A stretch of DNA of 62,738 nucleotides, counting the filler. It is 9 parts of 9 records of this genome, joined end to end, with 100 filler letters (N's around TTAATTAATTAA, not from the genome) between each part and the next. Parts side by side here need not be neighbours in the genome. Positions count along the whole stretch, not along the records: positions 30,169 to 34,624 come from SRR15195285_170; positions 34,725 to 38,518 come from SRR15195285_171; positions 38,619 to 42,300 come from SRR15195285_176; positions 42,401 to 58,990 come from SRR15195285_180; 5 more parts are not named here. One strand, written 5' to 3'. This document shows, in pieces, positions 33,566 to 45,400 of this stretch. Each line of letters begins with the position of its first letter. Position 1 is the stretch's first letter. A model generated the notes under the pieces. That model worked only from the letters and a program-made list of their open reading frames with translations. It did no database searches and was not told the origin of the DNA. Made by a program: the position numbers and the translations under genes.

Positions 33566-34212
33566 CCTCCACTCATTTCGGATCCCGAGATCTTCGTGGT
33601 CTGGTACTCCCAAATGTCCTCGCATGATTCCCCATACTGACCAATACTACAGTACATTGGCAGCTGCTCTGGGTCAGAAGAACTCACTGATAAACTGAGT
33701 GGACCCTCTACCACCTCGAGGCATGCTGTCTTTGGTGCTTCAGAAACACTGAAATTTGGTTTGCCTTGTTTGGAGGACTCTCTCAGAACTAATTTTAGCG
33801 TGTTATTGACACAATTCGCAATTTTGAGGGAATGGGATGATGGGAAACCGGTCGGATCGTTCGCCGAGGTGACCGTGAGATTCCGAACTTTTTTTGGGAG
33901 GCAATTATCGGCGTACCAATCACTATTTTAGCTCAATACTCAAGTAGACTCTCTTTTCACTCAACATTACACTGATTTTGGAAAGACGTCGGTTGGACAG
34001 AGTCCACATGAATAGGATGCAAGCGATTATATACCATTTCCTTGTGATTTCTTATGACTCAGCCGCGATGATCGCATCCATGTTTAGTATGGCGATTACT
34101 GAGCAGACTCAGCGTTGTTATGACCGGATCAGTGGTTCTTCAGCAAATCAAATCACTAGGAAATCACTGTCATATTTCGGAGCCTGTAGTGGACAACGCC
34201 CTGGACGACGCC

Positions 34213-34298
34213 ATGATGCTCGCCGCTCGCATCGCTCGCCCCGCAGCCCGGTCTGCCCCCGTGCGCAACCTCACGCAGGTCTCCTCGGAGGCGCGTCG
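34213..34298 (+). CDS. Probable first exon of a mitochondrion-targeted protein (rest beyond contig end)
   Basis: GCCATG start; MMLAARIARPAARSAPVRNLTQVSSEAR is Arg/Ala-rich and acid-poor like a presequence; followed by GT and intron-like sequence. Confidence 0.4.
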
Positions 34299-34724
34299 GT
34301 ATTCTTTCGCGCATGCGGCGGATGATATCATCGGTGAGGATCAGATGGACAGGCAGGGCTGTGGGGAAGGGAATGTCGGCGGGCGGGGCCCCGGGGTGTT
34401 CTTGCTGCCGCTGTTGGCCTGCCTGCTTGTTGCGAGCCCCCCTTCTTGCGCCTGTGCTGCTTGGTCTTGCTCGCATGATTCGGGTGCCGTGGGGGGGTCT
34501 GGTCCGTCCGGGTCTTCCCGCTGTTGCGGTTCTTCTAATCAATTCTGCTACCGATGCCGGTCCGGCAGCGGTCTGTCTCCGTCCCGGTCGCTGCTTGGGC
34601 CCTTCCTTGAGCCCCTCCCCCCCCNNNNNNNNNNNNNNNNNNNNNNNNNNNNNNNNNNNNNNNNNNNNTTAATTAATTAANNNNNNNNNNNNNNNNNNNN
34701 NNNNNNNNNNNNNNNNNNNNNNNN

Positions 34725-37700
34725 TCATAAGCAACCATGCGCACAGTGTCCGCTAAGACGAGTTCGAATTGGTCATGAAGGCCCTCAAGCTGGTCGTTAT
34801 CCTCAACTGTCGCAATCTCCTGCCACTCGCCATACCCAACACGACATTCTATCTTGTAGCTGGAGATCGGCACAGGAGCCAGCCAGAACGATATCGCACG
34901 GAGCATAAAGATTCCTGCCATTGCGACAGACCACCGCTCAAGGTATCATAGTAGCAAGAGCGCTCTTTCAACGGCGTGTACAGTGTGCTACGTCATAGAT
35001 TGTCTTCGTACCTTCAAGATCAACCTCAATCCACGGCGTCTCATCATCTTTCCTGCATACCCATCGATTGTCCCAGCCATCCTTCGAACCGTTCACTGCT
35101 TTTGCCCCGCCATACTCCTGACCGTCTTCCACGAAGGCTGAACTAACCTGAACTGGTTTGCCCAACGCTACGTTTACCGAGCCTTCCCCATCTACCGAAA
35201 GATTCACTGTTGCATCGCGCGCTTTCTGCCACTCTCGTGCGTTCGACTTGGCCATCGCCCAGCCAGGACTACCCGTGATATGCGTCGACGGGTCGAAGGC
35301 TTGATCGCAACAAGACCGCATGAATGCTTCGGTATCAAATTTGCGGAATGGTAGTCGGTAATCGTCCTTCTCGATGCCCAGATCTGCACGGATCTGCGGC
35401 ACCCCATGCAAGGCCATCGGCAACGCCGTCAGGAGAGGGGGGAAGAACAATATGGAGGCATGGATGGGCAGCTAAGTGCATTATGGCGCAGTGCAATTCA
35501 GTGTAGTGCACCCTGCCGAGCTTATTCGCGGACACACCTTTTCATACGGGATGTGATGCGGGCAATTAGCGAGCAGGTCTGGGGGGCCGCTCAACTCTGT
35601 GAGCAGCTTCTGGTACAGGGGTGCGAGCCGGGCGAGCCTGCGACATCGGAAACAGCATCATCGTGTGTGCATGCATGCGTCGGCAACGGAATGGCTGGCG
35701 TACGTTTCGCGCGGCTTAAAAATCGGATATCCATATCTTTCATGGATGAAGTGCCCATGCTCCCACTCGCACATCAGATGAAGATTAAAGCTCTGTCGTC
35801 CCCACCCCTCAAGCTTTCCCCACTTTGACGGTAGTGGATTGAGACCCTTCGCGCCCTCGGCACTCCCACCTTCGCCCAACTCCATGCCTGCTTCTGGTGT
35901 TGCGCCCGTCTCATCTGGTTGAGGCTCCAAATGTGGGTTGGGATCAGCTGGCAAGATAGCCCACATAGTTGGATACGGCAAGTGCTGGTCTCTACGCAAG
36001 CGTCGGATCCAGTCGACCTCACCTCCCATTCCAAAGGTACCGACTGTCGACCCGGCCATATTGATAGTAGGTGTCTCGGTTTGTGAACCATCGGGCATTG
36101 GTTGCGGAACAGGCACGACAGGCAGTACTGGTCCGGATTGCTTGGCGGTAGTCCAAACGCCTTCCTTCGGTGACCATCTCCAAACCTGAGTGACCAGGTT
36201 CCCCTTCTCATCCAGTGTGCGCACTGGCTTGCGCCGTCCGTCCTTCACTTCTTGCTCGTGCGACGTTGGCGGTGGAACGGCGTCCACATCAGCTGGATGG
36301 ATGTCATCCTCGTCCTCTTCTCCTTCGAAATCTAACTCCAACTGTCTGGCTTTAGCTGCGGACGACACCAGCCGCGGAACTCCTCCCATAAAGAATTTGT
36401 GTTGCAAGGCTTCGAGAGGAAGCAGGCGTTTTGGCTCTACTAGTCCCGACCGTGGCGCTCCTGAAGGTAGCCCAAGCAACCTATTAATCAGTGTGTACGA
36501 CAAACGGTCCAGCCCAGCCTCACCCCCAGGTATGAGATAGGCTGGCAGACGATACAGAGCGGGCTCTTCAGGAGTCTCTGGCCTCGGAGGCAATGAAACC
36601 ATGCCTGTCATGACGTCGTCGTTTTCATCAAGCATCAGATGCCCGGCAGCTACCTGTTGCTTTATGTATTCGGCTGCTTCCTCTGCCTTGCGAGCCTCGC
36701 GCGCTGCGGCCTGCGCTTCTACCTGCCAAGGGTGCAGCTTGGGCTTCGGTGGTCGCTGCCAGAGTTCTTCCGCATCGACATGCGTTAGCGGAACACCAAG
36801 CAGCAGCTCGCACAGCACACAACCGAACATCCAGAGGTCAACCTGTGCCGTACATAGATTAGCTGGATCACGCTCGGCACTTGCTTGGCCGTCTGGGTCG
36901 TCAATGCCAGGATCGATTGCTATTTTTCCACCTGCACTCTGCTCGGATGCGCGCGCGCCTGTCGCCTTTTGGTAGGCCAGCAGCTCCGGCGGACAGCATG
37001 TTAGGTGATGAATCGGAGGGAGCATTGCAGTCGCCGCGTCGTCACCGGTCCCGCGCGCCAGATGCAAATCAAGCAATCTCCAAGACCCATCCCACGCACG
37101 ACCAATTGTCGATGGGCAAACGAGCGTGTGTACAAGGTTGACAGCATGAATGTTGTGGAGGCTGCGCAGAACGCCCTCGGCAATATACGCTGCTTCGTTC
37201 CGTGCCAGTCTACCTGCACGGATGTCGAGGTAGTCGGCGAGGGTTTCCTCCCACCCATCGACAACGATGCAGTGCGGCAGCGGACGGGTAGGGTCTTCGA
37301 AATCGTCAATGATTCTCCCGGCGCTAGGCATTGCAGGGGGCATTCCCTGCGCAGGTGTGGGCGGGGGCATCACCGAGAGCCGAGTGTGAACCTCGTAGGC
37401 ACGCTCCCAGTCCGCGCGAGTCTCCGAGAATATCAAGGCGACGCTGTCGCCAGTTGCGGTGTCCTCGCCGAAGCGTGCCTGCACCTGACAGCCAGGAGCG
37501 TCCTGTGCGACTGACATCGAGCGCTCGCGCCGCTCGTGGCGCTGCGTGAGCCGGTAGCGACCACGGTACAGACCCGTGAGGTTCTCCTGTGCCGATAAGA
37601 TCCGCGCCGTCGCTGATCCCGCGCCACCGACTGCCGCGCAGGCGACCTGCAGCGCTGTCTGTCCCGAGCGATCCTTACGCTCCACGTCGACCCCCGCTTC

Positions 37701-38165
37701 AATGAGCAGCTGCGCGGTTTCGCTGTGGTCGTGATCCGCCGCGACATGCAGCGCTGTCCGTCCGTCCTTGGCCACGGCGTTGACGTCGATCTTTGGGATC
37801 GAGAGTAGCAGGTGTAGCACGTCCACGTGCCCGTTGCGCGCGCCGGCATGCAGCGGCGTGCTTCCGCCGTTACCTTTCGCATTGACGTCCGCATCCTTTG
37901 CCAGAAGGTGGCGCGCGCAGGCGGTGCGGCCGGCCGTGCAGGCGAGCTGCAGTGCCGTGTAGCCGTTGCCATCCGTCTGATTGACGTCGACGCGGCCGTC
38001 CGACAGCGCTTTGACGCCCGCCAGGTCGCCGAGGAACGCCGCGGACACGAGCTGATCCGCGAGCTCCTGCTCTTCCTGCAGATCTTCCTCCAGCACGATC
38101 CTACCCCCGCTCTCGTCCACAATCAGCCCGATGCTCGAGGCCGAGACCACCGGCGCGAGCGACAT
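34725..38165 (-). CDS. Ankyrin-repeat + kinase-like (pseudokinase) + F5/8 discoidin-like protein, multi-exon, 3' truncated
   Basis: About four ankyrin repeats (GYTALQLA, GSTPLHAG, GRTALHVA, GQTALQVA); kinase-fold remnants (IHAVNLVH, WRLLD, CPPEL, VDLWMFGCVLCELL); later exons give NVALGKPVQVSS..AVNG..RW..PWIEVDL and YKIE..WQEI. Confidence 0.7.
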
Positions 38166-38620
38166 GCCGAGCTGTCCTAGCGCCACCTGCTCAGTCAGCC
38201 CCAGCTCTCCCGCCAGCCGCCCTCCTGCAGCACCATCCTCTGCAGCACTGACACGCGTAACGCCTGTCCCAGCAGATCACGCAGCAAGGGCGGCGGCGCT
38301 GGCAGCGGGTGGTCGGGCTTCTGCTGCGCCACGCCTGACGCCCATGGCCAGCTATTATTCGCAGAGCTGGTGCTATTGCCGTCGATTGCGCACCGGCGGC
38401 TGCGGCGGGGCCGTCAGCCCTCACGGTCCTTCGGTCCACGGTCCAGAAATAAATACGAATAATGCGGTCCCCGGATTCCGGAGTCATGAGTTCTTTCGTC
38501 CTGTAATTAGAGTCTCTCNNNNNNNNNNNNNNNNNNNNNNNNNNNNNNNNNNNNNNNNNNNNTTAATTAATTAANNNNNNNNNNNNNNNNNNNNNNNNNN
38601 NNNNNNNNNNNNNNNNNNAG

Positions 38621-41600
38621 CAGCAGCAGCAGCAGCAGAAGAAGAAGACATCAGAGCAGGCGACTGATGTTCTGCCGCGCTGCGTCGCTCTGCATGCCTG
38701 GGACCAGCAGGCTGGTGCAGACGCGCAGACAGATTTGCGGTTCGTGGCCGGCGATACCATTCTCGTTGTGAGCGAGAAGCCAGGACAGGGCTGGCTGACA
38801 GGCCGTCTGGTGGGTGACGCTTCGGAGCGAACCGGCATCTTTCCAGCGAATTTCGTCCGCCAGGTTGCCATGGGGACCAGCGTTGCCAGCGATGCGCGCG
38901 CCCGCACTCCGGACCCAGGGGATGATCCGGGAGACACGGGTCGGCCGCGCAGTCCCGACCCGGGCGACACGACCAACACTGCTTTGGCTGAGCGCGCTAG
39001 CGCGGACACAGATCCGGAACTTGATCGACAGGCCAACTGGAGTGCCACAACACCTGAGGAGCTCGCAAAAAAGAAGGGCGCATACGTGTACGACGAAGCG
39101 ACAGGACAGTGGAAACTCAACGCTGAGCTCGATGCAAAGCAGCAGGAGCGGCAGGCAGAATACGAGTTCTACCGGTCACTCTTTCAGCAGTGTGCGAACG
39201 AGGTCGCTGCACTGCGGCGGTCGTACGACACGGGCGTCAAAGCACGATTCCGATCAATGGCAAGGCTCAGCCAGACGCTGGGGGAGGATGCTTCCCAATG
39301 GACGAAGCAAGCGGTGACGGATGCGCGCTGGGCGTCCATCGAAGCTGCAGCCGGCGCCTCCAGCTTTCGCAAGCAAATGCCTGGCGCGAGCGTTGCTCAC
39401 AAAGGCGCCGCTGACAAGGCTGAGGTGCTACGAGGGCAATTGGATGAGGCCGAAGCAGCAGTAGAGGCGCTGCAGCCGCGAGATGTGGTTGAGCTGCACG
39501 GCATTGCTAATGCGGCGAGGCAACATCTGAACGGATGTCGTGGGGAGGTCATTGAGGCGCGCGGAGAGGACGGACGGTGTCCAGTGCGCATCTCGCTGCC
39601 TGATGGATCACAGGTGCAGAAGCGTATGCGCTCGTCGCAGCTTAGACGTGTTGCACCACTCACGGTTGGAGATACTGCCGAAGTAATTGGACTACCATCG
39701 TCGAATCTACTCAACGGTGCCCACGGGACGGTAGAGGCGTACGACTCGAAGCAGCGGCTGTTCGCGGTGGCCATGGCTGGGGCAATTGACAAGAACGGCT
39801 TGGCGGAATCAGTCTTACGACGCTTCGCGCCGACCAACCTACGGCGCGTGTCATCACTCAAGGTAGGCGATGAAGTCCAGGTGCATGGACTGACGGGTAC
39901 AATGCGCGGGTTAAATGGGTGTAGTATGTACATCCACAGGTGGGACTCGGTGCAGAGCCAGTTTGTCTGCGCGAAGATTACTTCTAGTGAGTTGCAGGCT
40001 CGCCGAGAGTCTCGCAATCAGCAAATGGAGAGCCGCAGAGAAGGGCGTAAAGTTTTGATTCACCACGACCCGATCTCAGGAACTACTTCGTATGACACGA
40101 CCGGCGATGGTTTACCCGATGCCTATGATACGACTGGCGACATGAAGATTGACACATTCATGGAGGTGCCGCTGGATGCGGACACCGAAGAGCACGAGAA
40201 GCGACATTTCATGTACGCCAAGAATCTGCGCAAAAAAGCGCAGTGGGAACAGGGTGATCAGGTTGTGATTCACAACCTACAGTCGCTTGAAGGTCAGCGG
40301 CTCAACGGCATGCATGGCACGATCATCGCATATGCATCTGGTCGTTATGTAGTCGATGTCTCCAGAGCTAACGATGCGCCGAAAAAACTGTCGCCACACA
40401 ACCTACGGCGTGTGGGAGCTCTGCAAGCTGGAGACACAGCCGAGGTGCATGGACTGACTGGAGATCCAGAAAGGGTTGCACTGAACGGGCTCAAAGCCAT
40501 CGTAAAAGAGTACCTGCCAGAGCATGCGCTGTTTGTCGTAAGCGTAATGTTAATGGCGGAGGACGAGGATAAACACGACCACACTCGCAGTAGATCGCCA
40601 GAGGAGTTCCGACTACCAGCCGTCAACCTGAGGCCAACAATACGAGTAAATCTAGAACGGCGTCTCAAAATGATCTTTGACACACTTGATGTAGACAACA
40701 GCGGCTCTCTTACTCGGGACGAACTTGGACAGATGAACGAAAGCCTAGACATAGAACTTCGTGACATGTTATCGGCTGTGCTCGTAGGCGCTCGCGAGAA
40801 GCAGCTGACGGATGGGGAGCAGGGCGTTGACAAGGTTACAAGCGACAATCAGGACGAGATTCCGATCGACATTTTCAAGCATCTGGATGTCTGTAAATCC
40901 AGGTCCGACGGTACGTCTGCGTATGTTCCAAACAGTGAAGGAGATCTTGAAGAGTTGGAACTTCAAGGAGATGGGATTGTTACTTGGGAAGAATTTCGAG
41001 CGTTGCTGGGTCCGGACGAGGCAGGTGCACCGGAACCCGAGCCGGAGCCCGAACTGGAGCCGGAACCGGAACCAGAGCCTGTGCTAGTTGCTGCTGCGGT
41101 AGCTATGCTAGGGGACGACCCCGGATCGTGGGAAGGATACACTACCATTGTAGGGGCACTGGCGCGGGTGCAGATGGAACGCACAAAGTTGCTCGACGAG
41201 CTAGAGCTTGAAGCGGGGCGGAAACGGCAAAAGATTGTGCTGGAAGTGGCGAAACAAGAAAAGGTTGTGCAGCAAAAGATGCAGGCGTTCAAGATGTCTC
41301 AGGACCTTGCGCTCGAAGTTTTCGATCAGAAGCATGCGGAAAGCACTGCTAGTAGCGATAGCGGAAGCGACGCGAACAACACTGCTGAGGAGCAAAAGAA
41401 TGTAGAAACCGAGCGAAAAGCCCTCGTCGATGATCAGATACAAGCCTACTACATGATGAAGACGTCGCTGAAGCAACAGGTGTTGAAAAAGTTGAGCAAG
41501 CAACAAAAAACCTGTGAGACAAGTATCGCCAAAGCCCGCACAGCCAAAATCGAGCAGATCGAGCGTGGAGCGCACGGTGTCCTTATCAAATCGGGCGTCC

Positions 41601-42300
41601 ATCGAGAATCGTTCCGCGTTGATGCTGGCAGTCTTGCAGTGCACGGTGAAGAAGGAGCCGACACGGTGATTTGCCCCGTCGGCACAGAGCCAGCTGTACA
41701 GGTCGAAGGCACAAAACCGAAGCCTTTGCGGGCTGGCAGTCAAGTCAAGGTACTCAAAAGCCCCAAAGGCGTAATCGCTGGTCCTGATCGCGCAATAATC
41801 AAGAGCATCATTTCCCCACCAGAAGTGCCGCATCTGAAGTACAAGATTGCCTACGACGCGTCCTATCGAACCACATTCTTCGCGGATAAGGACCCTGGTC
41901 TGGTGGAGGTGGATGCCGACAGCGTGGTTCCATCGCGCGCACGTGGCTCTGACGTCTCGGCCATGGGAGGGCTCAGCGTTGCAGCAACGACAGTTGCGCC
42001 AGGAGATCGGATGACAGTTGTTAGCACCAAACCTGTTCCGCTATGGGCGCACTCTGAGAATGGCCTGTCCTCAGATGCCAGCAAGGTCAAAGACGTCGGC
42101 GTGGGAACACTGATCGAAGTCGTAGAAGTGAAGGAATGGACACAGCAAGATCAGAGAGATGATGCACAGCGAATCGCGGAGAAGAAGGAACAAGAGCGTT
42201 TGGAAGCCGAAATGGAGGCAGAATTGCTGCTTGAACAGTACGATGGCGACTTGGCCGCAGTGCGCAAAGCCATGGAAAAGCAAAATCATACATGTATGTA
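38621..42300 (+). CDS. SH3 + five GL..LNG repeats + EF-hand + coiled-coil protein (partial at both ends)
   Basis: SH3 ALHAWD..DLRFVAGDTILV..GWLTGR..GIFPANFV; five repeats (V)GDxVxVHGL..LNG..G....NLRRV; EF-hand FDTLDVDNSGSLTRDEL; (PE)n linker. Confidence 0.8.
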
Positions 42301-42400
42301 NNNNNNNNNNNNNNNNNNNNNNNNNNNNNNNNNNNNNNNNNNNNTTAATTAATTAANNNNNNNNNNNNNNNNNNNNNNNNNNNNNNNNNNNNNNNNNNNN

Positions 42401-45400
42401 TGTGTGGTCGAGAGCCGATGCACCTACACACCTGCGTACGGTAATGACCTGGCTGAGACCTGCGTTGCCACAGATCTTGCGGCGTGTGCCGCCGTAGCCG
42501 TGGACGCCGATGCAGAGACGTGCGCTTCGGCGGGCGCATGTATATACGTTGTACCCACTGCTTGCTCTGCAACAGATGCCAGCACATGTGCCGCAGGCAA
42601 CATTAGCCTACCCAGGGATATGTTTGAGCAGGACCAGACGTCATGTGAATCTCAAGGAGAATGCAGATACACGCCCCTCCACCCACTGACTCACAACTGT
42701 GACGTACATGCAACATGTAGCCATGTATCACCTAGCAGTTTCACTTGTGAATGCAACGACGGATTTGTTGGCGATGGCGCCGTTTGTGAACTAGAGTACT
42801 TTGGGTGCAACATCATTGATTCCATCAACTACAATCCGCTTGCCAATGTTGACGATGGCAGTTGTATTCCCATCGTGCGCGGTTGCACTGATGCGCGAGC
42901 AGACAATTTTGACCCTGACGCCAATACTGACGACAGCACGTGCTTTTACAACGAATGCCTGTTTGGGACGTATAACGCGACGACACAGAGAGGTCACAAC
43001 TGCGATGGAAACGCTACGTGCATCTATGACGGACTCGGCATTTTCAGCTGCGCGTGCAACACTGGTTACATAGGAAATGGTACGTATTGCGAAATTGTTG
43101 TTGAAGGATGCATGGATGCTGCCGCCTTCAACTATCTCCCACAGGCGAATGTCGACGACGGCGGTTGCATCGCCAGCGTGTGGGGTTGTATGGACCCTTT
43201 GGCGATGAACTTTGATCCATCAGTCAACCGCGACGATAGTTCTTGTGATATCAATCCGTGCCTAGTTGAGCTAGATGACTGCCATGAACAGGCGCATTGT
43301 GGTCATATAGGGCCAGGCCTGCACGTGTGCACGTGCATGGAAGGCTACGTTGGCAACGGAACGTTTTGCGTCGTGCCCATCTATACCTGCACATATCCAG
43401 TCGCTGTTAACTACAACCCAGCCTGCAAGCTAGCGGTCGGTGCATGTCTCGAGGACGGCAGCTGCAACTTCCCGATCTATGGCTGTACTGATTCGTCAGC
43501 TGACAACTGGAATATGAATGCAAACGTTGACGATGGGTCCTGCATGAGGTTTGGTTGCACGATCGAAGAAGCGGCCAACTTCGTGGAGGGCGCAACTTTG
43601 GATGATGGCAGCTGCCTAGTGTACGGCTGCATGGACCCGGGTGCCAACAATCACAACGCTGTGGCTAATCGTCCTACTAACGAGGAGTGCACCTACACAG
43701 TCGGTGGGTGTACCTACGTCGATAGTCTCAATTACAACCCAGCAGCTAATGAAGATGATGGGAGCTGCATCCGTATTCGGCGCGGCTGTACTCACGTAGA
43801 TGCCGAAAACTTCGATCCCCTGGCCAATGTTGACGACGATACCTGTACTCGAATTCCCTGTTACCGAGGGGATGACAACTGCCATCAGAATGCTACCTGC
43901 GTACATCTCGGTCCAGGCAGCTTTGAGTGTACGTGCAGGCCTGGAACGGTTGGCAACGGAACTCATTGCGATGTAGCTATCCCTGGCTGCATGGACCCTG
44001 CCGCCTTTAACTATGATCCAGTAGCGAACGTTGAAAATGACACGTGTGTTGATGTGGTGACCGGATGCACTGATGAGGTTGCATTCAATTTCGATCCGAA
44101 CGCAAACACAGACAACAGTTCATGCGTACCGAAACTAAAAGGCTGCACTGATGTGCGCGCCCTTAACTACAATGCGACTGCAAATGTTGATGACGGCTCA
44201 TGCGAGCTCAATTTCTGTACGCTCAACTTGCACAATTGCTCTAGCCACGCTGATTGCACGTACTCTCCCCGACATATGGTTCACGACAGCAACTGTTCCA
44301 CTTCAGTAGTGTCGTCAGTTTCCGCTCACATGAATTGTTCCCACACGGTTGCAGAAGAGTTTTCTTGTGCGTGTATAGCTGCGTTTCTTGGTGACGGATA
44401 TACATGTACTCCACGTATATTTGGATGTACAGATGCTACCGCTGTCAACTACAACATTGCTGCAAACACAGACGACGGAACATGCATTGCTACTGTGGAA
44501 GGTTGCACCAACCCGGTAGCTTCCAATTACTTGCATGCAGCAAATGTTGACAATGGCGGCTGCATCATTCATCCATGCAACTCGACTGAGCAACTATGTT
44601 CCGATTTCGCGGATTGTGGTGTAGTCGGGGATCATTACACTTGCAACTGTCGCACAGGGTACGCTGGCAATGGTACAACGTGTTTCCAAATCCTCGGGTG
44701 CACGTATCCGCATGCGATGAATTTCAATGCATTGGCCACACAGGACGATGCATCTTGCTTGTTTCACATTTGGGGGTGTACAGATGGCAACGCTACCAAC
44801 TACATCGCCGCGGCTGATATGGACGATGGAAGCTGTATGTATGTGGTACCTGGATGCACATATGGAACTCCTGGGTGCGAATATGGCGAGCCTGGGTGTG
44901 CGTACAACTACGATGACAATGCGACAATTGACGATGGAAGTTGCATACATGTGGCAAATGTCGGATGTATGGACCCGACGATGTTCAGCTTCAGTTCTGA
45001 TGCAAATGTTCATTCCGATGAGGCTTGTGTGCCATTTGTGTACGGGTGTACCGACAGCTCCGCGTACAATTTCTTGCCCACCGCCACCTCTGAATCTGGA
45101 AACTGCTCATACAATGCGTGCGAGACTGGAAAACACCTGTGCGATGCCAATGCAACCTGCATATACACAGGACCAATGAATTACACATGCAACTGTGTCG
45201 ATGGTTACGTCGGCGATGGCGTGCTACAGGCCGATCCAATTTCAACATACTGTGGCCCTCGTGACAGCCATGACTGCTTGGCGTTCGAGAAAAACGGAAC
45301 AAATATCACTTGCGATGCCATAGGCGCCCTGGCTGGAGACCCTGCGTTTGTGCTCCGCCATCGCTGTTTGCCAGGTTGTGAACCAATACGGTTTGGATGC

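Noticed and set aside
33840-33900. GC-rich stretch ending in a T-run, possible Pol III or tRNA gene
   Set aside because: No cloverleaf or convincing A/B boxes visible.
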